From: Hypanus sabinus
Taxonomy: Eukaryota
NCBI RefSeq assembly: GCF_030144855.1
Contig: NC_082706.1
Coordinates: 24,676,001-24,740,000, forward strand
DNA: 64,000 nt
Direction: 5' to 3'
Shown here: piece after piece, positions 51,211 through 64,000 of the stretch
Numbering within the stretch: position 1 is the first letter of the stretch
How the letters are laid out: every line of letters starts with the position of its first letter
Notes under the pieces: generated by a model
What the model was told of the DNA's origin: nothing
What the model saw: only the letters and a program-made list of their open reading frames with translations
The model's database searches: none
Made by a program: the position numbers and the translations under genes

Positions 51211-53305
51211 TAAGATTATTAAGGGATTGGACACGCTAGAGGCAGGAAACATGTTCCCGACGTTGGGGGAGTACAGAAGCAGAGGCCACAGTTTAAGAAT
51301 AAGGGGTGGCCATTTAGAATGGAGTTCAGGAAAAACTTGTTCACCCAGAGAATTGTGGATCTATGGAATGCTCTGCCTCAGAAGGCAGTGGAGGCCAATT
51401 CTCTGAATGCTTTCAAGAAAGAGTTAGATAGAGCTTGTAAAGATAGCAGAGTCAAGGGATATGGTGAGAAGGCAGGAATGAGGTACTGATTGTGGATGAT
51501 CAGCAATGATCACAGTGAATGGCGGTGCTGGCTCGAAGGGCTGAATGGCCTACTCCTGCACCTATTGTCTATTGTCTACTTGCTCAACACCAAAGTCTCA
51601 AAGTTGCCAGATTACAAGAGGTTCAGCTATCGGGAACCTAGAGGCATTGAGTTCAGCTTGGAAACAGACCCTACGGCCCACCAAGTCCATTCGTACTGTT
51701 GACCACCAACTGACATCAACCCTGACAGAGATTGACAATAAACAACTTGGAGAATCTATGCATAGAACTAAACTTCTCACTCATGCACGTGGGTGCAAGT
51801 CCAAGGGCAACTTTGACATTTTACTTGAAACAATTTCCTTCCACATAGAGAGAACAGCATGAACACGTTGAAAGGGAAAGTGGTTGACAGCAGAATATAG
51901 AACTCAGTTCAGCAGTGACAGCTCAGAATCATGATGAGAATAGTGGGTTAGTAGAAAAGGTGATGATCACAGCAGCTCAAAAGCCATTCTCACAAAATGA
52001 CACAGGCAGCCCCTGCATAATGGCAGATGGTGGGGTAGAGGGTGATGCATTCTTTGCACATGGTCTCGAGCACTCTTTCCATGATGCAAAGTCACGTCAT
52101 CTGTACACGCATCAAGAAATGAAAACTGTAAAGAAACGTTTGTGTTTATTTATTCACTTTATCTCTTTATGCCAATTCTATTAGAGGAAATTTACTCTGC
52201 ATTTTCAATTTTTGAGTAGTTATTTGTGAATGCTGTAAAGGTGAATTTTTGTAACTTGAATGACCATACTGTGTGAATTGCCTAGAACGTAATTTTGTCT
52301 AAATGTCTCTTATTAGAGTAAATAAAACATTTCCTTTGATGTATTGCACCACTAATCCTTTTGTCTGATCCTAACTATTTGGCAGCATGATGCTTGAAGT
52401 AAGGTTGCTAAGTAGGTTGTTCAACCCAGGATAAGGAGGCATTTTCATTGCCCAAAGTAAACTGGCATGTCTACCGCTGAAATAGAAGTTAAGCTCCTCA
52501 TATATGCTCATCAGTCCACTGATTGAGGTATTACTGCTGAGAATGGTTTGACAAAACAATTCTCAGGCCGGGTACAGCACTGAACAGATCTCCCTTTAGC
52601 AATTCATTTCTCCAACAAATGAACTAGCGAGGCATTTTAACCTTAACTAGCAGCGACGTCAATTTACAGTGAATTTCAATGTTATGTATGGTAGGGGCGG
52701 CACAGTAGTGAGACGCTTTGCAGCACTACCTGGCACTGTGGCGTGTTGGTTAGCACAACGGTTTGCAGTACAGGCAGCCTGGGTACACTTCCCCCCACTG
52801 TCTGTCAGGAGTTTGCACGTTCTCCCCGTGACTGTGTGAGTTTCCTCCGGATACTCTGGTTTCCTCCCATATCCCAAAAATGTACAATTCAGGTTAGTGA
52901 GTTGAAAGCACGCTACACTGGCACTGGAGGTGCAGCAGCAGAATTCTCACTGATTTGATTTGATGCAAAGTGATGCATTTCACTGTTAGTTTCAATGCAC
53001 ATGTGACAAAACTAATAAAGCTAACAAATACCTAAAGGTATCCCCATCGAGATGGCAGACAAACAAAGATACCCATTTTGGCCTAGGGCATTTTCTTATG
53101 TAAGCTGATGCCTTCAACTTTCATCTCTTGATTGTTAAACAGAAGCTTTCTTCAGGTTATCTTATAGAAACAGTAAAAAAATGATGTGGAATATCGGGTA
53201 CAAGACCGCATCGTCAACCTGTGATGCTTGACATGTCCCCACCATATGAAAAATTAAATTAAAAGAACTTTCTGAACATAGCAGGCAGAAACTGAACACA
53301 CTTAC

Positions 53306-54297
53306 CTGAGAAGGTCCCTTTGGCAAGGCATTCTTTCACTCGATTGGCTCTCCTTACATGGAATGCTTTGGTAATCTCTTGGTTCATGAAGGCCTCATTA
53401 TTTAAGATATTGGCCACCATCATGCGCAAATCAAAAACCTCCAGAAGCTCAGCAATGTGGGCAATTTGCATCAGCTCCTTCTCGTTCTCATCCAGCTGAC
53501 CAGTGTACAAGTAGCGCATCACTGCCCTGAATGCATCAGGATGAACGGAGTAGTCCATTCTGACGACAGTCATCAGCCGACTGTTAAAATTGATAGGATC
53601 TTCTGCCACCTCTTCTTGGATGCTAATGAAAGCTCTGCTCCATGATGAGAGGATCTTTCCCCTTTTGAGCCAAGCCCTTGCTCTCGCGCTGTTGTCGTAA
53701 GCATTAAGTTTCAAGATGCTGTCACTTGTGGAAGCCCTTAGGCTTGATAATGGTTGGACGGCGCTAACTTCATCTGTGCTTTCACTCACATCAAAACTGG
53801 CAGCTCTCATGAGATATTCTCTGCCCTGCCTGTCACTGTGACTCACTGATCTTTCACTGATGGGCTCCTGTTCTTCACTGAGATCCATTAAAAACAAGTC
53901 ATAGAACTTTGAGGAGGAGGTAGACAAGTAAATCTTGTGAGCATAGATTTTAACTTTGTCCTGAAGCACTAAGATGACATCGGCACAAAGGGGATTAGCT
54001 AACAGCAGGGCAGGATGTTCTTCACTGGTTGTGGGTGGGTCGGGGACAGTGATGATGGGGGGCGGCGGCTTGGGAGGCAGGAACGGTGCCTGCAGTAAAG
54101 GCTTTTGAACATTTCTTAGGTGGGACTTCCAGAACTGGAGGTGTCGCCTGGAAATCAAGGCAGCTCTGATGGCATTATCAAACACATCCTTAATGCCAAA
54201 CTGGGCAACCACACTGGTTTCGTAGTAGGGGATTCCAAGTTCTTTGGCAACCTCTCGACCCTTTTCAGGAGGCAAGATCTCATTGTGTTTTATTGGC
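53306..54297 (-). CDS. RHOBTB2: RHOBTB2 coding exon 4 (end of GTPase, Pro-rich linker, split BTB1)
   Basis: ATTCACAG|[67 protein letters not shown]...[10 protein letters not shown]...[16 protein letters not shown]...RAASFDV...[20 protein letters not shown]|GTAAGT. 992 nt. The RAASFDV, RASTSD and LSSWSRAF insert motifs match RHOBTB2 rather than RHOBTB1. Confidence 0.96.
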
Positions 54298-54739
54298 CTG
54301 TGAATCCAAGAGAAATGAAAATAGTTGGATAAGTCATTCAGAAGTTAACATATTAAGCTCATTTGTTAAGGCACAATACTGAAATTTCTCTACAAATATC
54401 AAAGCATGCCATCTGAGGGATTTTCAAGTATGCTTCAAGGAAAATATGCACTAGAACTGTACATTGCTTCAGCCAATCTGCATAATAGCTCAGGATATAT
54501 TGAGGACGAGTGCACTATTGAATACAGTACACTTCTAACACTGAATATCATGTCTCCAATGAAAGAGAGCAAACAGAAAATGGTTGATTTTTCTTTTAAA
54601 GTAACATTCAAACCATGATCTCAGTTGTAGGAGTTTTAAATGGGATCAGCGTAACACAGCAACATTGTTCTAGTGGAAAACATCACTAAAAGATCGAGAG
54701 CCAGCAGTCTCCCAAAATTTCTTGTTTTTCAAAAGATGG

Positions 54740-54985
54740 GTTTTTAGTTATGTGGCACCTCCAGAAGCACAGTCATTCTTTTTCTGTCACCTCAGAAATT
54801 AATTTGTGCAAATTCCCACATCACCAATGTGGCAGTGATCAAATAATCTGCTTCAGTGATGCCAATTGAGGAATAAATATTTGTCAGGACCTGGGGCAAT
54901 CTTTTTCTCTACCTTCAGAAAACTTGCTTTCTCTGTTGTAGCAGGACTGATCTTTTCTGCTTGTCATTCATCTCTCAAATCTTCC
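54740..54985 (-). mobile_element. Ancient Deu-domain SINE relic (SacSINE1/AmnSINE1-like)
   Basis: AATTCCCACA...GATCAAATAATCTGCTTCAGTGATGCCAATTGAGGAATAAATATTTGTCAGGAC resembles the reverse Deu-domain core. A similar relic lies at ~31520-31700(+). Confidence 0.5.
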
Positions 54986-55570
54986 TTCTTTCATTTGGAT
55001 ATTTTCTCCTGCCTGGAACATCTCAGAAGACTTGACTACACAATATCATCAACCCCTCGATATTCTAGCTCTGTATTTCACAGGAAAAGGAGCTTAACAT
55101 ACTGTACACCCACTGGCTACATTTTCAGTTCAATACAGACATTCCCTTTATTCCAACCTTCTCCACTACTCAGACTAACTTCTCCTTGGATATGATACAG
55201 GGTTTTCAACCTGAAATGTTAACTGCTTCCCTTTCCACAGATGCTGCCAGACCTGCTGAGTGTTTTTAATCCCAGGCGTAGCCCTGCTGCTGGTCCTCAG
55301 AATAGTAATAGCATCTAAGAGGTCCAGGAAGGAGAAAAGTCATTGTTTAATAATTTATGTAAAGAATGGCACTTCTAGTTTGTGCAAAATCCCTTCAGTA
55401 CTGTAAGGGAATATCAGACTAGTTTTCTTTTCTGGAATTCATGAAGTATGATTTGACTTAATAAGACCGTAAGATATAGGAGCACAATTAGGCCATTTGG
55501 CCCATCGAGTCTGCTCTGCCATTTCATCATGGCTGATCCATTTTCCCTCAAACCTATAGACATGCAGATA

Positions 55571-55986
55571 AAGTCGGTACAAAAGTCTAAGGCACATGTC
55601 AAAAAAGTCTGTAAAGCAAAGATGCTTTCAAAAATAATGAACTGAAAAGTTTGTAAATATATCAAAAATTACTATAAAGAACAGTAAGCAGTAAAAACAA
55701 AACTAAATCAAATCAATATTTGGTGAGACCACCCTTTGCCTTTAAAACTGCACCAATTCTCTAAGGGACACTGTCGTGCAGTTTTATAAGAAAATCCGCT
55801 GGTAGGTTGGTCCAAGCATCTTGGGGAATTCGCCACAGTTCTGCAGACTTTGGCTGTCTCGCTTGCTTCTGTCTCTCCAGGTAATCCCAGACAGCCTTGA
55901 TGATGCTGTGAACAGGTTTCTGTGGAGCCATACCATCTGAAACCATATTAAAAAATCTAGGGTGCCTAAGCTTTTGCACAGTACTG
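55571..55986 (-). mobile_element. Internally deleted Tc1-like DNA transposon
   Basis: Right TIR (reverse) CAGTACTGTGCAAAAGCTTAGGCAC plus TA; degenerate left TIR TA-AAGTCGGTACAAAAGTCTAAGGCAC. Transposase C-terminus IIKAVWDYLERQKQARQPKSAELW...DAW...LHDSVP.RIGAVLKAKGGLTKY. Confidence 0.82.
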
Positions 55987-56844
55987 TAGATTCTACTAAG
56001 TTATATGGGGCACCACAGTAGTGTAGCAGCTAGCACGATGCTGTTACCAAATGGGGCGACGGAGTTCAGAGTTCAATTCTGGTATCCTCTGTAAGAGAGA
56101 TTGTCTGTTCTTCCAGTGTGTGTGAGATCCCTCTGGGTGCTCCGGTTTCCTACCACTGTCCACAGACATGCCAGCTAGTAGGTTATTTATTCATTGTAAA
56201 TCATCCTACGATTAGGCTGAATCTCTGGGTTGCTGGGCAGCATGGCTCAGAGGGCCAAAATCAAATAAGAGTCACTGAGATTGTTCTCCATTGAAATGTC
56301 ACTTAGACACAATCAAATATAGAGAAGCAATAATCACATGATACGGATGTGAATCATTGAAAAGTTAATATAATAGACATGAGATGATAAGTTTAAATCA
56401 AATGCATAATATTCAATTCTACTTAATTCAATAAAACATCAGTCAGGGTGCATAGCAGCCGTCTGCCTTGACAGCCAACATGGATAACCAAGATTCTGAT
56501 TTACTCCCCACTTTATTCAATTATTTATTCTTTAATTCCTTGAATGCAGAGACTCATGATGGATTCTTGATCCTCTTTGGAAACACCCACAAGTTTGAAT
56601 GAGACTGACGTGGTGAACTGGCAAACGAATCCTGCGGAAAAATTCTACCTTCACATTCCCGTCGTGTACATTTGACTCCAGTCCAAAGCCGGAACCTTGA
56701 GTGAGATTCCCAATCCTTAACTCAGCTGGGAAGCAATGGATCAATCATTCTAAGATCTCACCATCATGCACTTTTATTTGGTGGAAAGCTTTATTCTATA
56801 TTTATCTTAAACACACACCTGCCTTCTTGCCTATGTACGTGTTA

Positions 56845-57060
<216 letters not shown>

Positions 57061-57933
57061 TTACACAAATACGCCTACGTGGCTTTGTACAGGATAGATT
57101 CAAAATCTCATAAGCTGTAATTTACCTCAGAGACCACCATTCTGTCCAAACAGTGCTTATAGGAGCCTCTTTACACCTATCTTTCTCTCCTGTTTCTATC
57201 ACACTTTCTTGTCAACGTACTTATTTACTGATTGGGCTAACAAGCATTTCTATTTATGAATAAAACAGATGTGAACATCTGTTGCACATGGATAAAATCT
57301 TATTATCAGCTTCAGTTTCCCTTTGCTTTTAGGTAAGTACACATACCAGTAGAATCATTGCAGGTTGGATACATATGTCAAAGACAATATTTTTAAAAAC
57401 ACAATATATAAAATATGGCCAAGGAACGTTATTGCAGATTAATTAGGTTAGGCAGATACTTAGAAAGAGACAGCAGTACCTTTCTGAGAGAAAAAGTGAT
57501 CAACTTGGCAGCTCCAGCTGGTAGATTGGGGAATATAATTTCACTATTTCATTTGTTCATGGTTAGTTTTGTTCAGGGTATTAGCACTGGACTGATAAAA
57601 GACCTTCTGGTTTTATGCAATCTCCCAGTTCTTTCTTCATAACTGTTAACCCCAAAGAAGGTTTGACAGCTGAGGTATCTTCTTAGGGAAGTGGAGGAAT
57701 TCAACACTATTTAAATTTCTCAGAACATTCTGAACTAAAACAGAAAATGCCTTCAACCTGAAATGTTAGCTCGGTTTCTCTCTCTACAGATGCTGCCTGA
57801 CCTGCTGAGTGCTTCTGGAATTTTCTGTTTTCATTTCAGATTTCCAGCATCTGCAGTCTCAGAATATTCCAAAAGTTGCGCTAATGTTTGCTTCACTACT
57901 TTTGGGCCAATTCTTCGATTAGATAACTGATTA

Positions 57934-58104
<171 letters not shown>

Positions 58105-59484
58105 CTACGGAAAACAGAACAAGTTGATTCTGTTGGTGAAATGATTTTATGGAATTTATGTACAAGATCACTAATCCTCGATCTTACACATACTGCGTTA
58201 TAGGGCAAGAAAATGACTTGCAAATGCTGAAGCAATTGAGAATGATTTAAAGAAGATTTAGGAACCTCAGTAATCTTATTACGCAATAGCCTCCTCCCAA
58301 CAATCAATAAAACCACAGGTACACTAGATTACATTGCGACAGCAGTGGTGTAAAGGTCAAAAGAAGTTGCTTATATTGGCCCCTGGGATCAGAGTACACC
58401 TTGAACACCACATCTAATATTGGTCATTAAAATACAAGGGAGAAATTATGATCTGTTTTCGTGATTGATTTGAAATGTAAAATCATTGTGAAATGGAACC
58501 GGCACACAGGATGTTGATTTGCTGGCCTCTGAGGTGTGATGTATGTATGCAGACTAGCAGAGCCTAGGAGTTGAATCATTCACTGTGAAATCCATGTTTG
58601 ACACAGTTGCTGCGAAACTGAGCATGCACGTATGCTGGGGAAGCCAAGTTTTGTATCATTGAATATAAGAGGGTAGCGCAGCAGGTACAGCTGCAGTCAC
58701 ACGGCTCTGACGACCAGGGTTCAATCCTGACCTCTGACGCTGCTTGGCATTTGTAAGTTCTCTTCGAGACTGTGTGGGTTTCCTCTGGGTGCTCCAGCTT
58801 CCTCCCACACCCTAAAGGTGCGCAGATTGCTAGGATGATTAGTCATTGTAATGTGCGTCAGGAGTTGAGAGGAATAAAATTGGGAGTCGTGCATGATTGA
58901 TGTTACTCAATGCTTGATGGCCTGTGCAGGAACAGTGGGCTGAAGGGCCTGTTTCTGTGTTGTACATGATTCTAAGACTTTAAAGGGAGGTTCAAGTGGG
59001 ATGAAAGGAAGTTATGGGACCTGTCCTTATTCAAGTTGCTTTTGGTCAGCATGTAACCGATTGATCATCAGTTGTAATGCTTCCATGGTCAAAGGAAGAA
59101 TTGTTCTTTATAGGTGGGGCAGGAAGGTGGAGTGACGAAGGAGCTTCCTACAGCTCTGATCCTCCCTCAAAAATTCACCCCCACTACTGCAATGCAGTGC
59201 ATAGATCTTAGTCAGACCAGTAACAGCCACCTCAGGAATTCTGAATCAGCCTTGCCCAAAAGAGTGGGACATCAGAAATGTAGGTTTAAGATTGTGAAAC
59301 ACAGTGCGCTTACTATATGTTCCCATGCTTAAAGCCTGTGATTTACTCTCCGCAGCCCCGCGAGAAACAATGTCACTCTGATGCACAGAGCCATCTGGTA
59401 TGTTTTCTCACATGCCGGAAACGTTGAAGCCCTGCATCTTAACGAAAGAAAAACTGTAAGGATGATTTGCAGTGTGAAAAGGCT

Positions 59485-59501
59485 GGGGGGGGGGGGGGGG
59501 G
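59485..59501 (+). repeat. G17 homopolymer (G-quadruplex-capable)
   Basis: 17 consecutive G. Confidence 0.8.
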
Positions 59502-61628
59502 TAGAAGAAAATGTTGAAATAACAATCTGGAAAGGAGCTGTCTAAGAACCATAGTTTTAGAGATGTGGAAGATAGCTTACCAGAAAAATTACTTTCTCAA
59601 CTTTAGTATTATTATTTTACGTCAACCTGAAAGGGCAGGTGAGGGTAGGCTGGCTCAGTACAACATCCAATCAGTGAGTCAACGTGCTGCATTCCTTCAC
59701 TGCCAATGTGCCATCTTTATATTACACGCTCAAATTTCCAGACCTTCGACTGAACCCACAAGCACCGGAGCCTGGCGAAAGCGCTGCGGGCATTCTCACT
59801 TTCTTTTAAATCTGCCTCCCTCCGATCTCTTTTTGATCCCAACACATCGACTAGCTTTCATGTTTGTGCAAAACAGCATAATGGTTGATGATATTTATGT
59901 TTTGTAGTTTAACTGCATATTAGACTTAAGAGTAAACTCTGAACCACTCCCCCATCAGAATGGCAAAGATCTGAAATGATTTACTAAAATGATTTGAGGA
60001 TATTGTGTATAGTATTGGATTACGACCAAGGTAACAAAGATTAAAATCCTGTGATGGCTACATCTGATGAATTCTGCTACCCTGTGAGCTATTTCCAATG
60101 TTTTCTGTTACAATATAACATTCACAAGCTGCACAGTATTTAGCTTTAGTTTACCAGTCATTTGTATACAACAGATAAAATCCATCAGAGCTGCACGTCT
60201 GCTAACAACTAACTGAGTCCAATTGGATGTAATCAGAAAAGGGAGCTTGCTGCCTCTACCTGCTTGGACCTTCTATGTGACCAACTCCTCAAAGTAACAC
60301 GTACAACTCCTGGAACACTCAAAAGGTGCTAGAATGTGGAACATGGAACAGTGCAGCTTCCGAAACAGGCACTTCAGCCCACGATGTTTGTGCCAACCAT
60401 GCTGCCAATTTAAACTAATCCCAGCTGCTTACATTTGGCCTCCATCCCTTCATTCCCTGCTTGTTCATGCGCCTGTTAAAATGCCTTTTAAACAATAGTA
60501 GTTCCATTTAATTCAAACATTTTAATGGTAATTATAGCCCAAGCTCATTTAAATTAAACCCTTTTTTTCCTGTTCCATTATCACTTTGACTTGACCGTGT
60601 GCCGACATTTAGTCTGACTCTCTGTTAGAGATCAAGTAACGAGACAACACTGATTATGGCAGCTGACCCTGCTTGTCCCTGTGTCAGATTGGCAGAATTC
60701 ACTCAACTGAAATGTAAGCAGAAAGGCTGAAAATACTCAACAGGTAAGGCAGCATCAAAGTGGAGAGAAATAGGCCCACCTCTCCATCTGGTTGATATCT
60801 TACCATAACTGGAAAATGTTATTGATGTAATAACTTTTAAGCAAGTACAGTGCAGGTGAAGGCAGGGCAAGCGTGAAGGAACAGTCTGTGATCGGATAGG
60901 GAATTCTTAATTACACAAAGAATGATGGTGCAAGTGGGAGTTGGACGATAACAAAAACAAAAGGACAGTGTAGTCTGGCAGAAGGAAAAGAGACCTGGCT
61001 GAACGGTGCAGGATCCTGAAAGGGATTGATAGAGTGGGTGCCAAGAAACTTCTTCCCGAACTTGGATAACTCAGAGCAGGGGTAATGTAGTCACAGGAGA
61101 AGGTGCCATACACTTAAAGCCAATGATTCAGAGGAATTTCTTTGTTTAGATCATTGTAAAGCTTAGAAAATTCTCCACGCTAATGGGCTGTGGAAGGTCA
61201 GCATACAGTATATTCATGACCTAGTTCAATAGGTGTTTAGAATCCAGAGGGATCCTGAGCTATTGAGACCAAGAGGTAAGATGGTCACCATAATAGTTGA
61301 GTAGCAGAGTAGGATGAAGGGCCTGTGGGTTATTCTCCTTCCTATTTTTAAATATATATTTTATTTATAGGATGATACTAGAGAAGGCGTAAACACAGCC
61401 ATTAACAATACCTTCCTTCTTAAAAAAAACAACGGCAGGTTAATTCAGTTCCGCGTTCAGCCTGCAGGATTGCAAAGTACAGTACTCAAGTGGAAGAAAT
61501 TTGAGCTTTTGCTGATGCGTCATAGCGTTGTATGTAAGCATTGCTGTATTTACAGTGTGCATTCTCAAGTTCGATTACAAGATTTATGAAAGGTGCATTT
61601 TGCAATCAACTGGGATTGACCTTGCTTA

Positions 61629-61922
<294 letters not shown>

Positions 61923-62569
61923 TCAACATAATATTTTTTCTATGTTCCTGAAGGCTGAAGGCTGTTTAGCTAATGATGGCTGTGTTGGCTGTTGGACCAA
62001 TGTGGCTCTCAGTCCCTTGTTCTGCTTTACCCTCATGTTGTTCTTGAGCTGTGCACATGAGCAGGGGCAAGTTACAATATTCTAGGTGGTGTGAGAATAA
62101 AAAGAAACTCTGGTATGTCACAGATTACAACAGTGACTGTATTTGGCACTATATTCTGTAGAGTTCAGAAGAATGAGAGAAGAACTCATCAAAACATACA
62201 TAATTATTAAAAATGGTCTTACAGTGTGGGGGGGGGGGAAATTTCCCTTCGTTGAGGAGTTTAGCACCAGGAGGTACAGTTTCAGACAAGGAATAGAAAA
62301 CTTAGGACGAAGATAGGGTAAGATATCTTCACTTAGAGGACCCTTGGAATTTTCTACTTCTTAAGGTTAAGTAAACACAGGGATTGTGATTGACTGATTT
62401 CACAGGATTTGGGGAATCTGGGACAATGGAGTTACTGCTGAATCTGACACAATGGAGAAGTTCAAGTGTGGTTTTAACAAATTGTGAAGCTGGTTTGCAG
62501 AGTTGATCAACCTCTCTCTGCGCATTTTTATATTCTTATGTAATGTATTTTGTTTGCTTTGTGCATGTT

Positions 62570-62890
62570 ACCATGACGCGGGTGATCGTGGTCTTTTCAT
62601 GACTCTGATTGTTCTTGGCAATTTTTTTTCTACAGAAGTGGCTTGCCAATGGCTTCTTCTGGGCAGTGTCTTTTCAGGATGGGTGACTGCGGCCATGATC
62701 GATATGCTTCTGAGATTATCTGCCTGGTGTCAGGGGTCACATAACCAGGACTTGTGATTTGCACCAGCTGCTCCCTGGCTTCATGTGACCCTGATCGGGG
62801 GACTAAGCAGGTGCTCCACCTTGCTCCAGAGTGACCTGCAGGAGGGCCTTCCACCTCCTTCGGTAGAGGCGGATCTCCATGCCACCACCC
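62570..62890 (-). mobile_element. BovB/RTE-related bipartite SINE (Bov-A/Sauria-like motif)
   Basis: Reverse strand GAAGAAGCCATTGGCAAGCCACTTCTGTAGAAAAAAAATTGCCAAGAACAATC resembles the RTE-BovB 'ATGGCAAACCACTCCAGTATTCTTGCC' motif. Confidence 0.55.
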
Positions 62891-64000
62891 ACACAATGTA
62901 CCTAACTGTCTGTAAAAATTCCAGGACCTTTCTTTACAAAATACACCACATACGAAAAGCCAATTAAGTTGTATTACAAGTGAAGTTTTCTCACAGCTAT
63001 AATGCAGTTCACAAATACTCATTCACTCTCAAAGCATGAAGACCTTTTAGTTAACCTGAACAATACATAGACTTAAGGTGTAGATTTATTGCACATTGGT
63101 CTGTGGGAACACTGCGTCAATAATATCACAGGAGTGATTATACCATTTTATGAATATCTCCACACACAGCAGAGACATTAGCAATCCTTACAAACTGGGG
63201 AAAAAAAAATCACTTCTTCTCATAAATAATACTTCAAATGCTCTATAATAAATGAAACTGGAAAACTCAGACATCCAGAAAAAAGAAAACCTGTTTATCA
63301 TCTTACATTTATAAAATGGCTTTATCATTAATCATAAATTTACTGTATTTCAATCCTTCTATTAGTGCAATTGTTTTACAGTGGCAGTGATCATTCCATT
63401 GGGGTTTGACTCTCACCACTGCCTTTAAGCAATTTGCACATTCTCCCTGTGACTGCACGGTTTCCTCCGGGTGCTCTGGTTTCCTCCCATACTCTAAAGG
63501 GAAAGGATTCATGAGTGGTGGGCATGCTACCTTGGTGCTAGAAGTGTACCAACACTAGCGGGCTGCCCCCAACAAGGTCCTCGGACTGTGTTGGTCATTG
63601 ACACAAACTGGTGCATTTCACTGCATGCCTTGATGTACATGTGACACATACAGCTAACCTAATCTTTAATCATTAATACAGGAACATTTCTCCAGCCCAG
63701 CGTTATATCCCCTGAGTATAGGACTGATTCTGTCTATTCCTTTTAATGGATATACGATGAGAAGGTCATTGCAACCCGGCACAGCTTTGCTCACTGCAGT
63801 ATAAGTTACAGAGTACCGGAGAAGTCCAGTCAGCTCCTCAGCCGACGCTTCCAGCAGATGGCTGAAGATCAGGATTCCTCACTGCTCAGTGCCACAGTGT
63901 TCAGGCAAATGATTGTGAACAAGGACCTTCTGTGGCCCAGCAGACTCCGCTCATCCTTGGCTGAACTCGCCAAGCCACACCGTGAAGTCCTATCCACTGG

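Larger units (their letters stand above)
49640..51575 (+). mobile_element. CR1 3' fragment interrupted by the Penelope element (49640-49781 plus 51211-51575)
   Basis: RFTRLIPGMAGLSY...GDLIETYKIIKG continues after the insert as KIIKGLDTLEAGNMFP, ending in a CTATTGT tail. Confidence 0.88.

Noticed and set aside
52000-52300. Tigger/MER2-like DNA transposon relic
   Set aside because: Only a weak CAGGCAGCCCC terminus resemblance, with no matching second TIR or TSD.

Overview
Eukaryotic (vertebrate) genomic DNA. It is most likely a cartilaginous fish, probably a ray; this is inferred only from the repeat landscape (CR1/HER1-type LINEs, V-domain SINEs, Deu-domain SINE relics, Penelope, Rex1/Babar). 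The whole window lies within one minus-strand gene, RHOBTB2 (atypical Rho GTPase with two BTB domains). Eight coding exons can be read with canonical GT-AG junctions and consistent phases: 61668-61859, 58001-58104, 56855-57040, 53306-54297, 39828-39946, 27160-27310, 11910-11998 and 1020-1125, totalling 1939 nt. The final coding exon lies left of the window. The introns are largely transposon-derived. I found no prokaryote-type systems, CRISPR arrays, rRNA genes or real tRNA genes, and no clear new multi-gene system. The most unusual structures are: (i) a 1.43-kb fold-back Penelope-like element with ~560-bp inverted arms, a 15-bp TSD and hammerhead-ribozyme-like cores, plus a family of ~190-bp palindromic mini-elements built from the same ends; (ii) a CR1 LINE with a precise 5' inversion (twin-priming geometry); (iii) a full-length antisense CR1 with an intact esterase ORF1, GC-box/NRF1-like/TATA motifs at its 5' end, and a 244-bp foreign insert flanked by a 120-bp duplication; (iv) local templated duplications near exon 5; (v) a hAT MITE with perfect TIRs and TSD. 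Repeat family names come from motif recognition, not database searches, and boundaries of degenerate repeats are approximate.
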